DNA of 64,000 nucleotides from Nitrososphaerota archaeon (GTDB lineage Archaea > Thermoproteota > Nitrososphaeria_A > Caldarchaeales > Calditenuaceae), in NCBI GenBank assembly GCA_033581555.1, contig JAVQSZ010000002.1:32001-96000 (forward strand), written 5' to 3'. The notes beneath the pieces were generated by a model that was not told the origin of the DNA, made no database searches, and worked only from the letters and a program-made list of their open reading frames with translations. Positions 19,121 through 28,500 of the stretch are shown piece by piece (the stretch's first letter is position 1; the number at the start of each line of letters is the position of its first letter). Position numbers and translations under genes: made by a program.

Positions 19121-20821
19121 TTGGGCTACGACTTCGACGTCATAGTTGTCGGAGCGGGGCCCGCCGGATGCGCGGCCGCGATGAAGCTGGTCCAGAACGG
19201 CGTCGACGTCGCCCTTCTGGAGCGCGGCCCCCTCGCGGGGAGCAAGAACGTCTCGGGCGGGGTCCTGTACCTGGACTACATCCCGGGCTACACGGTGATC
19301 GACGTCTTCCCCGACTTCGTCGAGAGGGGGCCGGTCGAGAGGCGGATCGTCTCGCACGAGGTCCTCTTCGTCACCGAGGCCACTCGCTCCAACGGCACCG
19401 CGTCGTACAAGGTCAGGAGGGTCGACGAGCGCTCTTTCCTGACAAGGCTCGGGGTCACGGGATTCAACTACACCGGCGAGAGGGCCTACTCGGTCCTCAG
19501 GGCGAGAATGGACCGGTGGATGGCGAACAGAGTCCAAGAGGCTGGGGGAGTGTTGAACACCTGCACCACCGTGGAGCACCTCCTCTTCGAGGACGGAAGG
19601 GTGGTCGGGGTTCGGACCAGCGACGAGGAGCTGAGGTCGAAGCTGGTGATCGATGCGAGCGGCGTCACGTCGAACCTCGTGGTCGAGGCGGGACTGAGGC
19701 CGAAGCTCGAGCCGTACCAGGTCTATCACGGCGTCAAACACGTCTTCAAGCTGAAGCCCGAGCTCATCGAGGAGAGGTTCGGGGTCGGGCAGGGCGAGGG
19801 CAAGGCGATCTACTTCGTCGGGCCCTTCATGAGGGGCGTGAGCGGAGGCGCCTTCCTCTACACGAACAAGGACACCCTCAGCGTCGGGATCGTCGTCTCA
19901 CTGGACTCGTACCTGAGGCGCGCGGCCGAGGACCCGGTCAACGTCGGGAAGCCGATGGACATGCTGGAGGAGTTCGAGGCACACCCTGCGGTCTCCAGGT
20001 ACCTCGAGGGCGCAGAGCTCGTCGAGTATTCGGCACACAACATACCGAAGGGCCACAAGACGTTCCTCGAGAAGCCCTACAGGGCTGGGTTCCTGGTGAC
20101 CGGCGACGCGCTTGGAGCCTTCGTCAAGATCGGTGGCCTCATCGACGGCATGAGGAGGGCCATCGCTACCGGGATAATGGCGGCCGAGGTCGCGCTGAGG
20201 TGCATCGCGGCCGACAAGTTCGACGAGGACGCGCTCTCTCACTACAGGGAGCTCCTAAGACCGATCCACAGGGACATCAGGAGGTCCGCCACCAACTCCG
20301 CGATAAGCGAGGGCCGGATCGGGTACGGTTTGGGCCCGAGGCTGCTGCTCGCGACCGGAGGGGAGCGGGTGATCTCGGCGTCGAGCAACGCTCCGCATTC
20401 GGGGTCGAGGGACGTCATCAAGAGGGTCCAAGAGCTCACGGGCATGCTCCAGTACGACGAGGACCACCACTACAGCCACATCAAGGTCGACATCGACGCC
20501 GCGTCCGCCTTCGCCCTGAAGCAGTGGGTGCCGGCGTGCCCGGTCAACTGCTACACGCTCCTGCTCGACAAGGGCGTCTTCGCGTCCTACAGAGACCTCT
20601 ACCTCTTCAACCTCAACAGGGCGATGTCCGAGGGGCTCTCCGAGGAGGCCGCGAGGGCCAGGGCGCTCAAGGAGACCCTCGAGGACGTGGCGAGGGCGAG
20701 GCTTAGGTTCGACTATGTGGCGTGCGTCGCGTGCGGGACTTGCGGCGTGATAGGCCCGAAGGGCGTCGTGGACTTCGGACACGAGAGGCGTGGCCACGGG
20801 GTCATCTTCAGGTACGGCTGA
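19121..20821 (+). CDS. fixC: FixC-like FAD oxidoreductase fused to a FixX-like ferredoxin
   Basis: GAGPAG, GSKNVSGG and GGAFLYTNKD motifs; C-terminal ACPVNCY and CVACGTC...GVIFRYG. Confidence 0.88.
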   Translation: MGYDFDVIVVGAGPAGCAAAMKLVQNGVDVALLERGPLAGSKNVSGGVLYLDYIPGYTVIDVFPDFVERGPVERRIVSHEVLFVTEATRSNGTASYKVRRVDERSFLTRLGVTGFNYTGERAYSVLRARMDRWMANRVQEAGGVLNTCTTVEHLLFEDGRVVGVRTSDEELRSKLVIDASGVTSNLVVEAGLRPKLEPYQVYHGVKHVFKLKPELIEERFGVGQGEGKAIYFVGPFMRGVSGGAFLYTNKDTLSVGIVVSLDSYLRRAAEDPVNVGKPMDMLEEFEAHPAVSRYLEGAELVEYSAHNIPKGHKTFLEKPYRAGFLVTGDALGAFVKIGGLIDGMRRAIATGIMAAEVALRCIAADKFDEDALSHYRELLRPIHRDIRRSATNSAISEGRIGYGLGPRLLLATGGERVISASSNAPHSGSRDVIKRVQELTGMLQYDEDHHYSHIKVDIDAASAFALKQWVPACPVNCYTLLLDKGVFASYRDLYLFNLNRAMSEGLSEEAARARALKETLEDVARARLRFDYVACVACGTCGVIGPKGVVDFGHERRGHGVIFRYG

Positions 20822-20834
20822 ACCTCTTTCCTCC

Positions 20835-21518
20835 TCAAGAGCCCAGCAAGTGCCTCTCTAGCAGGCAGAGGGCCCTCGAGACCGCAACCCACGCGTCGAG
20901 CCTGTGGTTCGAGACCCTGAGCCCGACGTCGACCACCTCGAGCACCTCCGGGCCGAAGTCACCGTGCGGGAAGCCGCCGACGATGAGCTTCATGCCGTCC
21001 GCCTCGACCGAACCCGCCCCGATCGCGGCCTCCATGTCCTCCCCTGACTCGTGGAGGAGGACCCTTTGACCCGGACCGAGCTCCTCCAGCACACTCCTCA
21101 GGTCCGACTCCTCCATCTCGAGGAGGACGGTACCGTCGTCGGCGGTGAGCCTCCCCTCCCTGTAGAGCTGCTCGATGAGGCCCTTGAACCGGTCGTAAAC
21201 CCTCGGGAGCCTTGTTGAGGGGTTCACCCTGATCCACCTGTTGTCCCGGGTGTGGACGTGGACCCCCAACATCCCCGAGAGGTTCAGCGGCGAGCCGAGG
21301 GCCTCGAGGAGGGTGAAGTGGACGATGTCAGGTCTGCCGCGCCTGTGGCCGTCGCTGAGCCTCCTCATCGCCCTGTGGTGGTAGGAGGAGTCGAGGAGCG
21401 TCCACCTGACGTCCTTCTTCCTCCTCCTGCAGAAGGAGACGACGTCGGGCTCTCCCCAGAGCTCCCTAGGGATCAGCTCGATCGCGGCCTCGGCTATCAC
21501 TAAGTCGACCCTCGGCAA
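20835..21518 (-). CDS. nep1: 16S rRNA pseudouridine N1-methyltransferase Nep1/Emg1
   Basis: LLDSSYHH, RGRPDIVH, RLPRVYDRFKGL and VGGFPHGDF motifs. Confidence 0.93.
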   Translation of the reverse strand: MPRVDLVIAEAAIELIPRELWGEPDVVSFCRRRKKDVRWTLLDSSYHHRAMRRLSDGHRRGRPDIVHFTLLEALGSPLNLSGMLGVHVHTRDNRWIRVNPSTRLPRVYDRFKGLIEQLYREGRLTADDGTVLLEMEESDLRSVLEELGPGQRVLLHESGEDMEAAIGAGSVEADGMKLIVGGFPHGDFGPEVLEVVDVGLRVSNHRLDAWVAVSRALCLLERHLLGS

Positions 21519-21560
21519 GAGGCCGTCAGCTCCAGGCCTGTCGCTCTAAGCCTCGGTGGG

Positions 21561-21983
21561 TCACCTGTAGGACTTCTGCTTGAACCTCCTCGCGGACCTC
21601 CTGTTCGGCTTCTTGGGCTCGGTCCTCCTCGGATCACCGGAGATCAGGTGGTAGTCGTAGGCCTCGAAGGACTTCCTCAGCTCCGGGTTGAGCGCCGCCA
21701 AGGCCCTCGAGATCGCGATCGCGATCGCGTCGGCCTGGCCCAGGATCCCTCCTCCCTGTACGTTCAGGTAGAAGTTGTAGGAACCGGCGGCCTCGCCGAC
21801 GATCCTGATCGGCACCAGCGCCTTCTCCCTCGCGACCCAGTTCCCCCAGAGCTCGATCGGAGTGCCGTTCACCACCACCTTCCCCGAGCCCCGCTCGACC
21901 TTCAGCCTCGCAACCGCCTCCTTCCTCTTCCCCACGAAGACCGTTCTGAGCGCCTCCGCCCTCGCCGCCTGCACCATCCTCAA
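21561..21983 (-). CDS. rps9: 30S ribosomal protein S9 (uS9)
   Basis: GKRKEAVAR, GGGILGQADA, DPRRTEPKK and C-terminal QKSYR. Confidence 0.96.
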   Translation of the reverse strand: MRMVQAARAEALRTVFVGKRKEAVARLKVERGSGKVVVNGTPIELWGNWVAREKALVPIRIVGEAAGSYNFYLNVQGGGILGQADAIAIAISRALAALNPELRKSFEAYDYHLISGDPRRTEPKKPNRRSARRFKQKSYR

Positions 21984-21995
21984 GTCTTCGGGCTC

Positions 21996-22016
21996 GTTCT
22001 GTATTTAAATGAGAAC
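21996..22016. promoter_or_regulatory. Symmetric TATA-like element (GTTCT-GTATTTAAATG-AGAAC) between divergent genes
   Basis: Palindromic ATTTAAAT about 20-27 bp from the rps9 TTG, consistent with a leaderless promoter. Confidence 0.45.
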
Positions 22017-22060
22017 CGGGTCAGGGTTTTTATGAGGACGCCGGGATTCGTCCGAAGGGG

Positions 22061-22567
22061 TTGTCGGAAGAGGAGCAACAGAGCTGCCCCATCGACGTGA
22101 CGCCCTCGATGATCGCGGGGCTGGTCGAGGTCCTGGTGCTCTGGGGAGGCCGGATTGACCTGCACAGACTCGCGAGGGAGACCGGGATGGAGACCGGGCA
22201 CCTCCTGAGGGTCGCGGAGGTCGCGAGGGCGCTGAGGTTCGTCGAGGTGGCGAACGGTGACCTGATCCTCACGAGGGAGGGTCAGGCCTTCAGCAGGAAG
22301 GGGACCTCCGGGAAGCTGGGGATGTTGAAGGAGCTAGTGCAGGGCCTCGAGCCCTTCAGGTCGATCATCGCGCTCCTCTCCTCGGTCCAGTCGCCGCTCT
22401 CGGTCGAGGAGATCAACGAGAGGCTTGGGCTCTGCGCGGTAGAGGAGGAGCAGCTCAGGAGGCTCAACTCATTCATCATCGACTGGCTGGTCGCGACCGG
22501 GATACTGGAGTACGACGGCGAGTCCTCTTCCTTCAGGATCAAGAGGACCAGGAGGTCTAAGCCTTAG
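22061..22567 (+). CDS. Stand-alone AAA-associated (NitT/TauT ATPase C-terminal) wHTH-like domain protein
   Basis: IAGLVE...GRIDL..LA...L.FVEV.NGD..LT..G and IDW...GILEYD pattern. Confidence 0.7.
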   Translation: MSEEEQQSCPIDVTPSMIAGLVEVLVLWGGRIDLHRLARETGMETGHLLRVAEVARALRFVEVANGDLILTREGQAFSRKGTSGKLGMLKELVQGLEPFRSIIALLSSVQSPLSVEEINERLGLCAVEEEQLRRLNSFIIDWLVATGILEYDGESSSFRIKRTRRSKP

Positions 22568-23316
22568 TTCCCCATCAGCACGATCACTTCATCGACGATG
22601 TTCAGGAACTCCGGGCTCCGCCTGACCCTAGGCCTCTCGAGCTCGACCTTAACCTCCGCGACCACGGTCGCGGGCCTTCCCTTCAGGACGAGGATCCTGT
22701 CTGAGAGCTGGACTATCTCGTCGACGTTATGCGAGACCAGCACGACGGAGGCCGGGGGGAGGCTGGAGTCGTACCACATGTGCTCTATCTCCCTGATCAG
22801 GGCCAGCGCGGTCAGCGGGTCCAGGTTGCTGAACGGCTCGTCGAGGAGAAGGAGGTCTGGGAGGCTGACGAGGGCCCTCGCGAGGGCGACGCGTTGCTGC
22901 ATCCCGCCGCTGAGCTCCCTAGGGTAGGCCCTCTCGTACCCCGAGAGCCCCGTGAGGTCGAGGAACCTCATCCCTAGCTCCTTCTTCTCCTCCTCGGTGA
23001 GGTCCCTCCTCGCCTTGAGGGGGAGCGTGACGTTCTCGATCACGGTCAGCCATGGCAAGAGCGTCGGGGACTGGAACATCATCGAGATCCTGGGGTTAGG
23101 ACCGTTGAGGGGCTCGCCCCTGAAGAGGACCCTGCCCTTCGTGGGCTTGAGGAGTCCAGACATGAGCCTGAGGAGCGTCGACTTGCCGGTCCCGCTCGGC
23201 CCGACGATCCCCACGAACTCGGCGTAGTTCACGTGGATGTTGATCCCCTGGAGGACTGGGCTCCGGGAGTTGGCGTAAGCGAAGGAGACGTCCTCCATCC
23301 TCACGAGCTCGCTCAT
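22564..23316 (-). CDS. NitT/TauT-family ABC transporter ATP-binding protein
   Basis: GPSGTGKST, FQSPTLLPW, YPRELSGGMQQR and LLLLDEPFSNLD motifs. Confidence 0.92.
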   Translation of the reverse strand: MSELVRMEDVSFAYANSRSPVLQGINIHVNYAEFVGIVGPSGTGKSTLLRLMSGLLKPTKGRVLFRGEPLNGPNPRISMMFQSPTLLPWLTVIENVTLPLKARRDLTEEEKKELGMRFLDLTGLSGYERAYPRELSGGMQQRVALARALVSLPDLLLLDEPFSNLDPLTALALIREIEHMWYDSSLPPASVVLVSHNVDEIVQLSDRILVLKGRPATVVAEVKVELERPRVRRSPEFLNIVDEVIVLMGN

Positions 23317-23385
23317 CCCGACCCGCCCCGGAGCCGGGCAATATTTACGTGAGAGCTGGAGCCCCGGGCCTCGAGCTCGCCGGAA

Positions 23386-23967
23386 TCAGGCCTCGACGTG
23401 CGGCGGCCTCACGAAGAGCCAATACCTGTTGTCGGGGTCAGAGAGCTCCTGGAGTATCCTCTTCACGACGCTTCCTTTCACGTCCTGCAGTCCGGTCCTC
23501 TTCTCGATCTCTTCGAAGGACTCGAAGGGCTTCTTCTCTCTCTCCTCGAGGACCTTCAGCATCGTCTTCTTCCCGATCCCCTGGATCACTTCGAGCGCGT
23601 GGAGCCTCGGTGTGAGGGGGCCGCAGGTGTTGAAGAACTTCACGAACTTCGGCTCCTTCTCGTTGACGATCCTCTCCACCGCCCTCTCGAGCTCGAGTCT
23701 CGCCATTTCGGGGAGGTCCTGGTACCCTATCCTCCTGATGATCCTGACCATGTCCCTCGGCGCGTCCTTCCCGATGTAGAGGAGGTTCCCTGGGACCAGC
23801 TTCAGCTCAGGGGAGACCGCGGCCTCAAGGAGCGTGAAGTGCTCTGTCCCCAGGAGGTAGATGACGTTCGCGTGCCCGTGCCTCCCGCCCCTCCTCGACT
23901 GCTCCATCCCTAGGACTATCGCCTCGTCCTCGTAGACCTTCGGCCTCCAGCGCTCGAACTCCCGCAT
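23386..23967 (-). CDS. DUF655 nucleic-acid-binding protein
   Basis: FTLLE, FFN..PLTPRLHALE..GIGKK and PFESFEEI motifs; conserved rpl21-rpoF-DUF655 synteny. Confidence 0.9.
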   Translation of the reverse strand: MREFERWRPKVYEDEAIVLGMEQSRRGGRHGHANVIYLLGTEHFTLLEAAVSPELKLVPGNLLYIGKDAPRDMVRIIRRIGYQDLPEMARLELERAVERIVNEKEPKFVKFFNTCGPLTPRLHALEVIQGIGKKTMLKVLEEREKKPFESFEEIEKRTGLQDVKGSVVKRILQELSDPDNRYWLFVRPPHVEA

Positions 23968-23968
23968 A

Positions 23969-24334
23969 TCAGTCCTCGGACCTTCGGTCTGAGCCCGCGT
24001 GCTTCCTGATCGTCTCGACAATCCTCCTGAGCCTCTCCTCGTCCGCGAGGACCGTCAGCAGCAGCCTCTTGTACCCGGAGAGGACCGACCTGAGCTCCTC
24101 CACGGTCATCGGGCAGACGTTCACGACCTGCGTCGCCTCAAGCTCGTCGAGGCCATGGTCCCGCATCAGCTCCTCCTTGAGGGCCCTTGCGGCATCCGGG
24201 CTGACCTTCGAGTATGCCGAGACGTAGCTGTAGACCCTCTGGACCATCGGCGACCTGCCCCTCTGTACCCCCTCGAGTAGCTCCTTCACCTCCGGTATCG
24301 AGAGCGGCCTTGAAGAGATCACGCGCCTCGGCAA
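23969..24334 (-). CDS. rpoF: RNA polymerase subunit F (Rpo4)
   Basis: IPEVKELL, YVSAYSK and VNVCPMTVEELRSVL motifs; synteny. Confidence 0.9.
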   Translation of the reverse strand: MPRRVISSRPLSIPEVKELLEGVQRGRSPMVQRVYSYVSAYSKVSPDAARALKEELMRDHGLDELEATQVVNVCPMTVEELRSVLSGYKRLLLTVLADEERLRRIVETIRKHAGSDRRSED

Positions 24335-24344
24335 GGGAGGTCAC

Positions 24345-24638
24345 CTAGCCCGCGTGGGGCCTGAGGTGGTCAGGGAGGACGTAGAGCACCTTCCTTTTGG
24401 ACCCTAAGTAGACCTCTACCTCGTAGGCCCTACCTCTCTTTCTTACGACGGTCCCGACCTTGCCGTGGAACCTCTTGTGCGGCAGCGACCTGTGGACCAT
24501 GGGGTCGGAGGCGATCACGACTCTGCTGCCCACGGGGTAGTCTACCAAATGGACCTCGGGCCTAGGCCCCATCCTCGACCCCACCGGCTTCGTGAGCAGC
24601 GTCCTCGTCCGGTACCTGTAGCCGTGATGCCGCGCCAG
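24345..24638 (-). CDS. rpl21e: 50S ribosomal protein L21e (eL21), probable CTG start
   Basis: In-frame extension ARHHGYRYRTRTLL upstream of the tracked ORF; PHKRFHGKVGTV and PDHLRP motifs. Confidence 0.92.
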   Translation of the reverse strand: MARHHGYRYRTRTLLTKPVGSRMGPRPEVHLVDYPVGSRVVIASDPMVHRSLPHKRFHGKVGTVVRKRGRAYEVEVYLGSKRKVLYVLPDHLRPHAG

Positions 24639-24750
24639 GCCTTTCCACCCGGTTTAGAACCAGTCCCTTCAGTGTATTTAAGTGTTGAAAAGCGGGATCC
24701 GTCCGGCTTCGGCGGTTGAGCTTATCACTTCCCGGAGCGCCTCGGGACGC

Positions 24751-25848
24751 GTGAGGCCGCGGGAGGACCTATCGGGGTTCGAGCCGTACGCTTGGGAGCC
24801 CTCGACCGAGGAGATCGCGAGGACCTTCGGTCTCAGGCCGGAGGACGTGGTGAGGATGGACACGAACGTATCTCCCTACAGACCGTCGGCGGTGATGAGG
24901 GCGTTGAGGTCGGAGCTGGATCGGATCGAGGTCAACCAGTACCCTGACACGAGCTACAGGGAGCTGAGGGAGGCGATGGCGGAGTACGTGGGGTGGGACC
25001 CGGAGCTGATCGTCCCGACGAACGGCGCCGACGAGGCGATCGACATCGTCTCGAGGGCCTTCCTCGCGAAGGGGAGGAGCGCGGCCTCTCCAGTCCCGAC
25101 CTACTCATACTTCAGGGTCGCGACCGAGCTCCAAGGCGCCGAGTTCAGGGGCGTCGCGAGGCTCGAGGGCTTCATCGAGGACGTCGACTCCCTCCTGAGG
25201 GCCTGTGACCGGAGCACATCCGTCGTCTGGCTCTGCGACCCCAACAACCCGACCGGGAACGGGCTCGAGGAGGGCACGATCGAGAGGGTCTGCCGCGAGA
25301 CGGAGGCGCTGGTCGTCGTCGACGAGGCCTATCACGAGTTCTCCGGGAGGACCGTGGTGAGGCTCCTCTCGAGGCACGAGAACCTCTGCGTGATCAGGAC
25401 ACTCTCGAAGGCCTTCGGGTTGGCGGGGATCAGGATAGGCTACCTGGTCGCGAACGGGTCTGTCGTGAGGGAGCTGAACAAGGCCAGGCCCCCCAACAGC
25501 ATAGGGTCGGTCAACGCGAGGTGCGGGGCGATCGCGCTCAAGAGCCACGGCTACGTGAGGAGGGACGTGGAGAGGATCGTGAGGGAGAGGGAGAGGCTGA
25601 GGTCGGAACTCTCGAGGCTCGACGGAGTCCTCGTCTACCCGTCATCCGCGAACTTCCTCCTGATCAGGCTCCTCGACCGCGACGCTTCCGAGGTGAAGAG
25701 GTCGCTCCTCAGGAAGGGGATCGTCGTGAGGAGCTTCGAGGGGAACCCTTACCTGAGCGGCTGCGTCAGGGTCACGGTCTGCTCGAGGCGGGAGAACGAC
25801 CGGTTCATCCGCGCGTTCAAGGAGGCCCTATCGGCGCCCACCGGGTGA
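24751..25848 (+). CDS. hisC: Histidinol-phosphate aminotransferase
   Basis: NQYPD, NGADEAI, PNNPTG, DEAY and RTLSKAFGLAGIRIGY motifs. Confidence 0.88.
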   Translation: MRPREDLSGFEPYAWEPSTEEIARTFGLRPEDVVRMDTNVSPYRPSAVMRALRSELDRIEVNQYPDTSYRELREAMAEYVGWDPELIVPTNGADEAIDIVSRAFLAKGRSAASPVPTYSYFRVATELQGAEFRGVARLEGFIEDVDSLLRACDRSTSVVWLCDPNNPTGNGLEEGTIERVCRETEALVVVDEAYHEFSGRTVVRLLSRHENLCVIRTLSKAFGLAGIRIGYLVANGSVVRELNKARPPNSIGSVNARCGAIALKSHGYVRRDVERIVRERERLRSELSRLDGVLVYPSSANFLLIRLLDRDASEVKRSLLRKGIVVRSFEGNPYLSGCVRVTVCSRRENDRFIRAFKEALSAPTG

Positions 25849-26469
25849 CGGATCGCCCCGCCCAGCGAGGGCCCTCGACGCGACGACGAACCTCTGAACC
25901 GCCGTAGCGTAGGCCGCTACCCCGACGGCCGCGAGGGCGAGGTTCAGCACGTGTTCCCAGAGTGGGTATGTCAGCGTCCCCACGACGAGGCCGACCGTTC
26001 GCTCCGCCCTCTCCGCGACCCCGATGCCTGCCAGCTCCACTCCTAGTGACTCGGCGCGGGCCCTAGCGTAGCTGACGAGCAGCGACCCGGTCGCGAAGAG
26101 CAGGACCTCGAGCCCGCCTGCAGGCCCCATCAGCAGCCCGACCGAGACCGCGGCCTCCCCGAACTTGTCGAGCACCGAGTCCTCGAAGGCACCCCTCGCG
26201 GTGACCCTCCCTTCCCTCCTCGCGACCTCGCCGTCTAACGCGTCCAATAGCCCCGACGCTAGGTACACTAGCCCTCCGAGCGGCACGAACCAGGCCCACG
26301 CCCTGTGGAGCGCGAACATCGAGGCCGCGAGGGCCGCGAGCCCTAACGCCGAGTAGGTCAGGGCGAACGGCGAGACCCTCCTCCTGACCATCGCCTCGAC
26401 GAGCCACCCCGAGGCCCTCCTCAGGACCTCCCTCTCGAGCTCGCGCTTTCCCCGCAACTCCTCGATCAA
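25828..26469 (-). CDS. CDP-alcohol phosphatidyltransferase (archaetidylinositol-phosphate synthase-like)
   Basis: DALDGEVAR...GAFEDSVLDK, SYARARAE and ERAER motifs. Confidence 0.9.
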   Translation of the reverse strand: MIEELRGKRELEREVLRRASGWLVEAMVRRRVSPFALTYSALGLAALAASMFALHRAWAWFVPLGGLVYLASGLLDALDGEVARREGRVTARGAFEDSVLDKFGEAAVSVGLLMGPAGGLEVLLFATGSLLVSYARARAESLGVELAGIGVAERAERTVGLVVGTLTYPLWEHVLNLALAAVGVAAYATAVQRFVVASRALAGRGDPSPGGRR

Positions 26470-26782
26470 CCGCGGAGGCGAGTGTAAAAACTCGACGGAG
26501 CACCGAGCCGGAGGCTCGCGGCATCGCGACCGCACCGACATGTGCACGTCCATGGGTCAACACGCGAAGCCCTAAGACGTCGCACGGCCCCTCATGCCGG
26601 TAACCAGCCGGATGCCGTCCCCCTGATCCCCCTTCACTCGATCGAATCATGAGCCTCGGAGACCTCGCCCTCGCCAGCAACATCTACTAAGCCGTCGCTG
26701 ATTTGACGGGATCAAATGACGTGGAAGCGGTCAGAGAACCGCTCTCGCGGAGTCGACGAGAAACGTCATACGTCGGGTTCGG

Positions 26783-28360
26783 TCACTCGACGACGACCGT
26801 CCTCGACTGCTCCCTGAGGAACGTCAGCAGGTAGTGGGGCCCTCCGACGCCCTTCCCGGTCGCCCCGCTCGCCTTCCACCCGACGAAGGTCTGGGCTCCA
26901 GGCCAAGCGCCAGTCGTCGACCCGCCCCGCCTGTTTGCGTAGCAGACGCCGAACTGTATCTTCGAGAAGAACCTCTCGACCTCGGACTTGTCCTCTGAGA
27001 AGATGCCCGCGGTGAGGCCATATTCGGTGTCGTTTGCGGCGCTTATCGCCTCGTCGAGGGCCTTGAACTTCGCCACCAGCAGGATCGGGAGGAAGAGCTC
27101 TTCCTTCCAGAGCCTGTGGCCGCGCGGGAGGTCAGCGATGATCGTCGGCTGGACGTAGAAGCCCCTGTCGTAAGGCTCCCCTCCAAGCGCCTCGCCCCCG
27201 TAGAGGACCTGGCCCCCCGCCCTTTTCGCCTCCTCGACGTAGGCCCTGAAGTTCTCGACGGCCCTCCTGTTGATCACCGGGCCCATGAAGGTCTCCTTTT
27301 CCCTCGGGTCCCCGACCCTCAGCTTCGACGTCTCCCTCACGAGCTCCTCTAGGAACCGCTCGTAGATCCGCTCGTGGACGTAGAGCCTCGAGGTCGCGGA
27401 GCACTTCTGGCCTCCGTACCCGAACGCGGCCCTAATCACGCCTGTCACGGCCTTCCCGATGTCCGCCTTCTCGGTCACGATCGTCGGGTTCTTGCTCCCC
27501 ATCTCGAGGATGATCGGCTTGGGGTAGGGCTGGCTGGTGAGGAACCTCCTGTAGAGCCTCATCCCGACCTCCTTCGACCCGGTGAAGGCTATCCCCGCGA
27601 CCTTCGGGTTCGTCGTCACTTCCTCCTCGAAGACGTCTCCGGGCCCTGTCAGGAAGTTGATCGCTCCGGGCGGAACTCCTGCGTCCCTGAAGACCCTGTA
27701 GAGGAGGAGTCCTGCGAGCGGGGCCTCACTGGTCGGCTTGAAGACGACCGTGTTACCCGTGATGAGGGCGCCGAGGATCATTCCGTTCGCGAGCATGAAC
27801 GGGAAGTTGAACGGAGATATCACGACCCAGGCGCCATAGGGTCTCGCGACCATCTTACAGACCTCACCCGGAGCTCCGGGCCCCAAGTCCCTCTGGTATC
27901 CGTTGTTCTCCTCCATCACCCTGCAGTAGTACCTGATCGCGTCGATCGCCTCCCAGCACTCCGCCAGCGCCTCGAGCCTGTTCTTCCCGACCTCGTAGGT
28001 GATCACCGCGGCTATCTCGAACTTCCTCTCGTCGATCAGCTGCGCCGCCCTCTCCATCACTTTGACCCTCTCCCTCCAGTCAAGCTCGGACCAGCCCTCG
28101 AAGGACCTGTCTGCGACGTCGATCGCCTTCGCGATGTGCTCCCTCTTCGCCCTCTGGAACCTCGCAACCAGTAAGCTCGTGTCTATTGGGCTCCGGTCCT
28201 CGAACTCCTCGCCGGTCCAGACCTCCTCCTCGCCGATGTACAGCGGGTAGCTCCTCCCCAGGTACTTCCTCTCCACCTCCTTCAGCGCGTTCTCGAAGTT
28301 CGGGTGGATCGTCGGGTCCGCGAAGAGGGTCACGTAGGTGATCTTCTGCTGACCGGACAT
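26783..28360 (-). CDS. Aldehyde dehydrogenase, 1-pyrroline-5-carboxylate dehydrogenase-like
   Basis: ISPFNFP, FTGS, EMGSKN, GQKCSA and EELFLP motifs; ATG at 28360 because the longer ORF runs through the tRNA. Confidence 0.88.
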   Translation of the reverse strand: MSGQQKITYVTLFADPTIHPNFENALKEVERKYLGRSYPLYIGEEEVWTGEEFEDRSPIDTSLLVARFQRAKREHIAKAIDVADRSFEGWSELDWRERVKVMERAAQLIDERKFEIAAVITYEVGKNRLEALAECWEAIDAIRYYCRVMEENNGYQRDLGPGAPGEVCKMVARPYGAWVVISPFNFPFMLANGMILGALITGNTVVFKPTSEAPLAGLLLYRVFRDAGVPPGAINFLTGPGDVFEEEVTTNPKVAGIAFTGSKEVGMRLYRRFLTSQPYPKPIILEMGSKNPTIVTEKADIGKAVTGVIRAAFGYGGQKCSATSRLYVHERIYERFLEELVRETSKLRVGDPREKETFMGPVINRRAVENFRAYVEEAKRAGGQVLYGGEALGGEPYDRGFYVQPTIIADLPRGHRLWKEELFLPILLVAKFKALDEAISAANDTEYGLTAGIFSEDKSEVERFFSKIQFGVCYANRRGGSTTGAWPGAQTFVGWKASGATGKGVGGPHYLLTFLREQSRTVVVE

Positions 28361-28422
28361 CGGGCATAATTCTCCGGCGCGGTTAAAATCCTTTTTAGAA
28401 CGCGCAGTGGTTAGCTGCAGAG

Positions 28423-28500
28423 GCCCCGGTCGTATAGCCAGGTCAAGTATACCGGCCTTTCGAGCCGGGGACCCGGGTTCAAATCCCGGCCGGGGCACCA
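28423..28500 (+). tRNA. tRNA-Glu (TTC), CCA encoded, no intron
   Basis: Acceptor GCCCCGG/CCGGGGC-A-CCA; anticodon arm CCGGC-CTTTCGA-GCCGG; T loop GGTTCAAATCC. Confidence 0.96.

Noticed and set aside
26735-26782. Hammerhead-ribozyme-like GAAACG-TCATA-CGTC segment
   Set aside because: The required CUGANGA core is absent upstream
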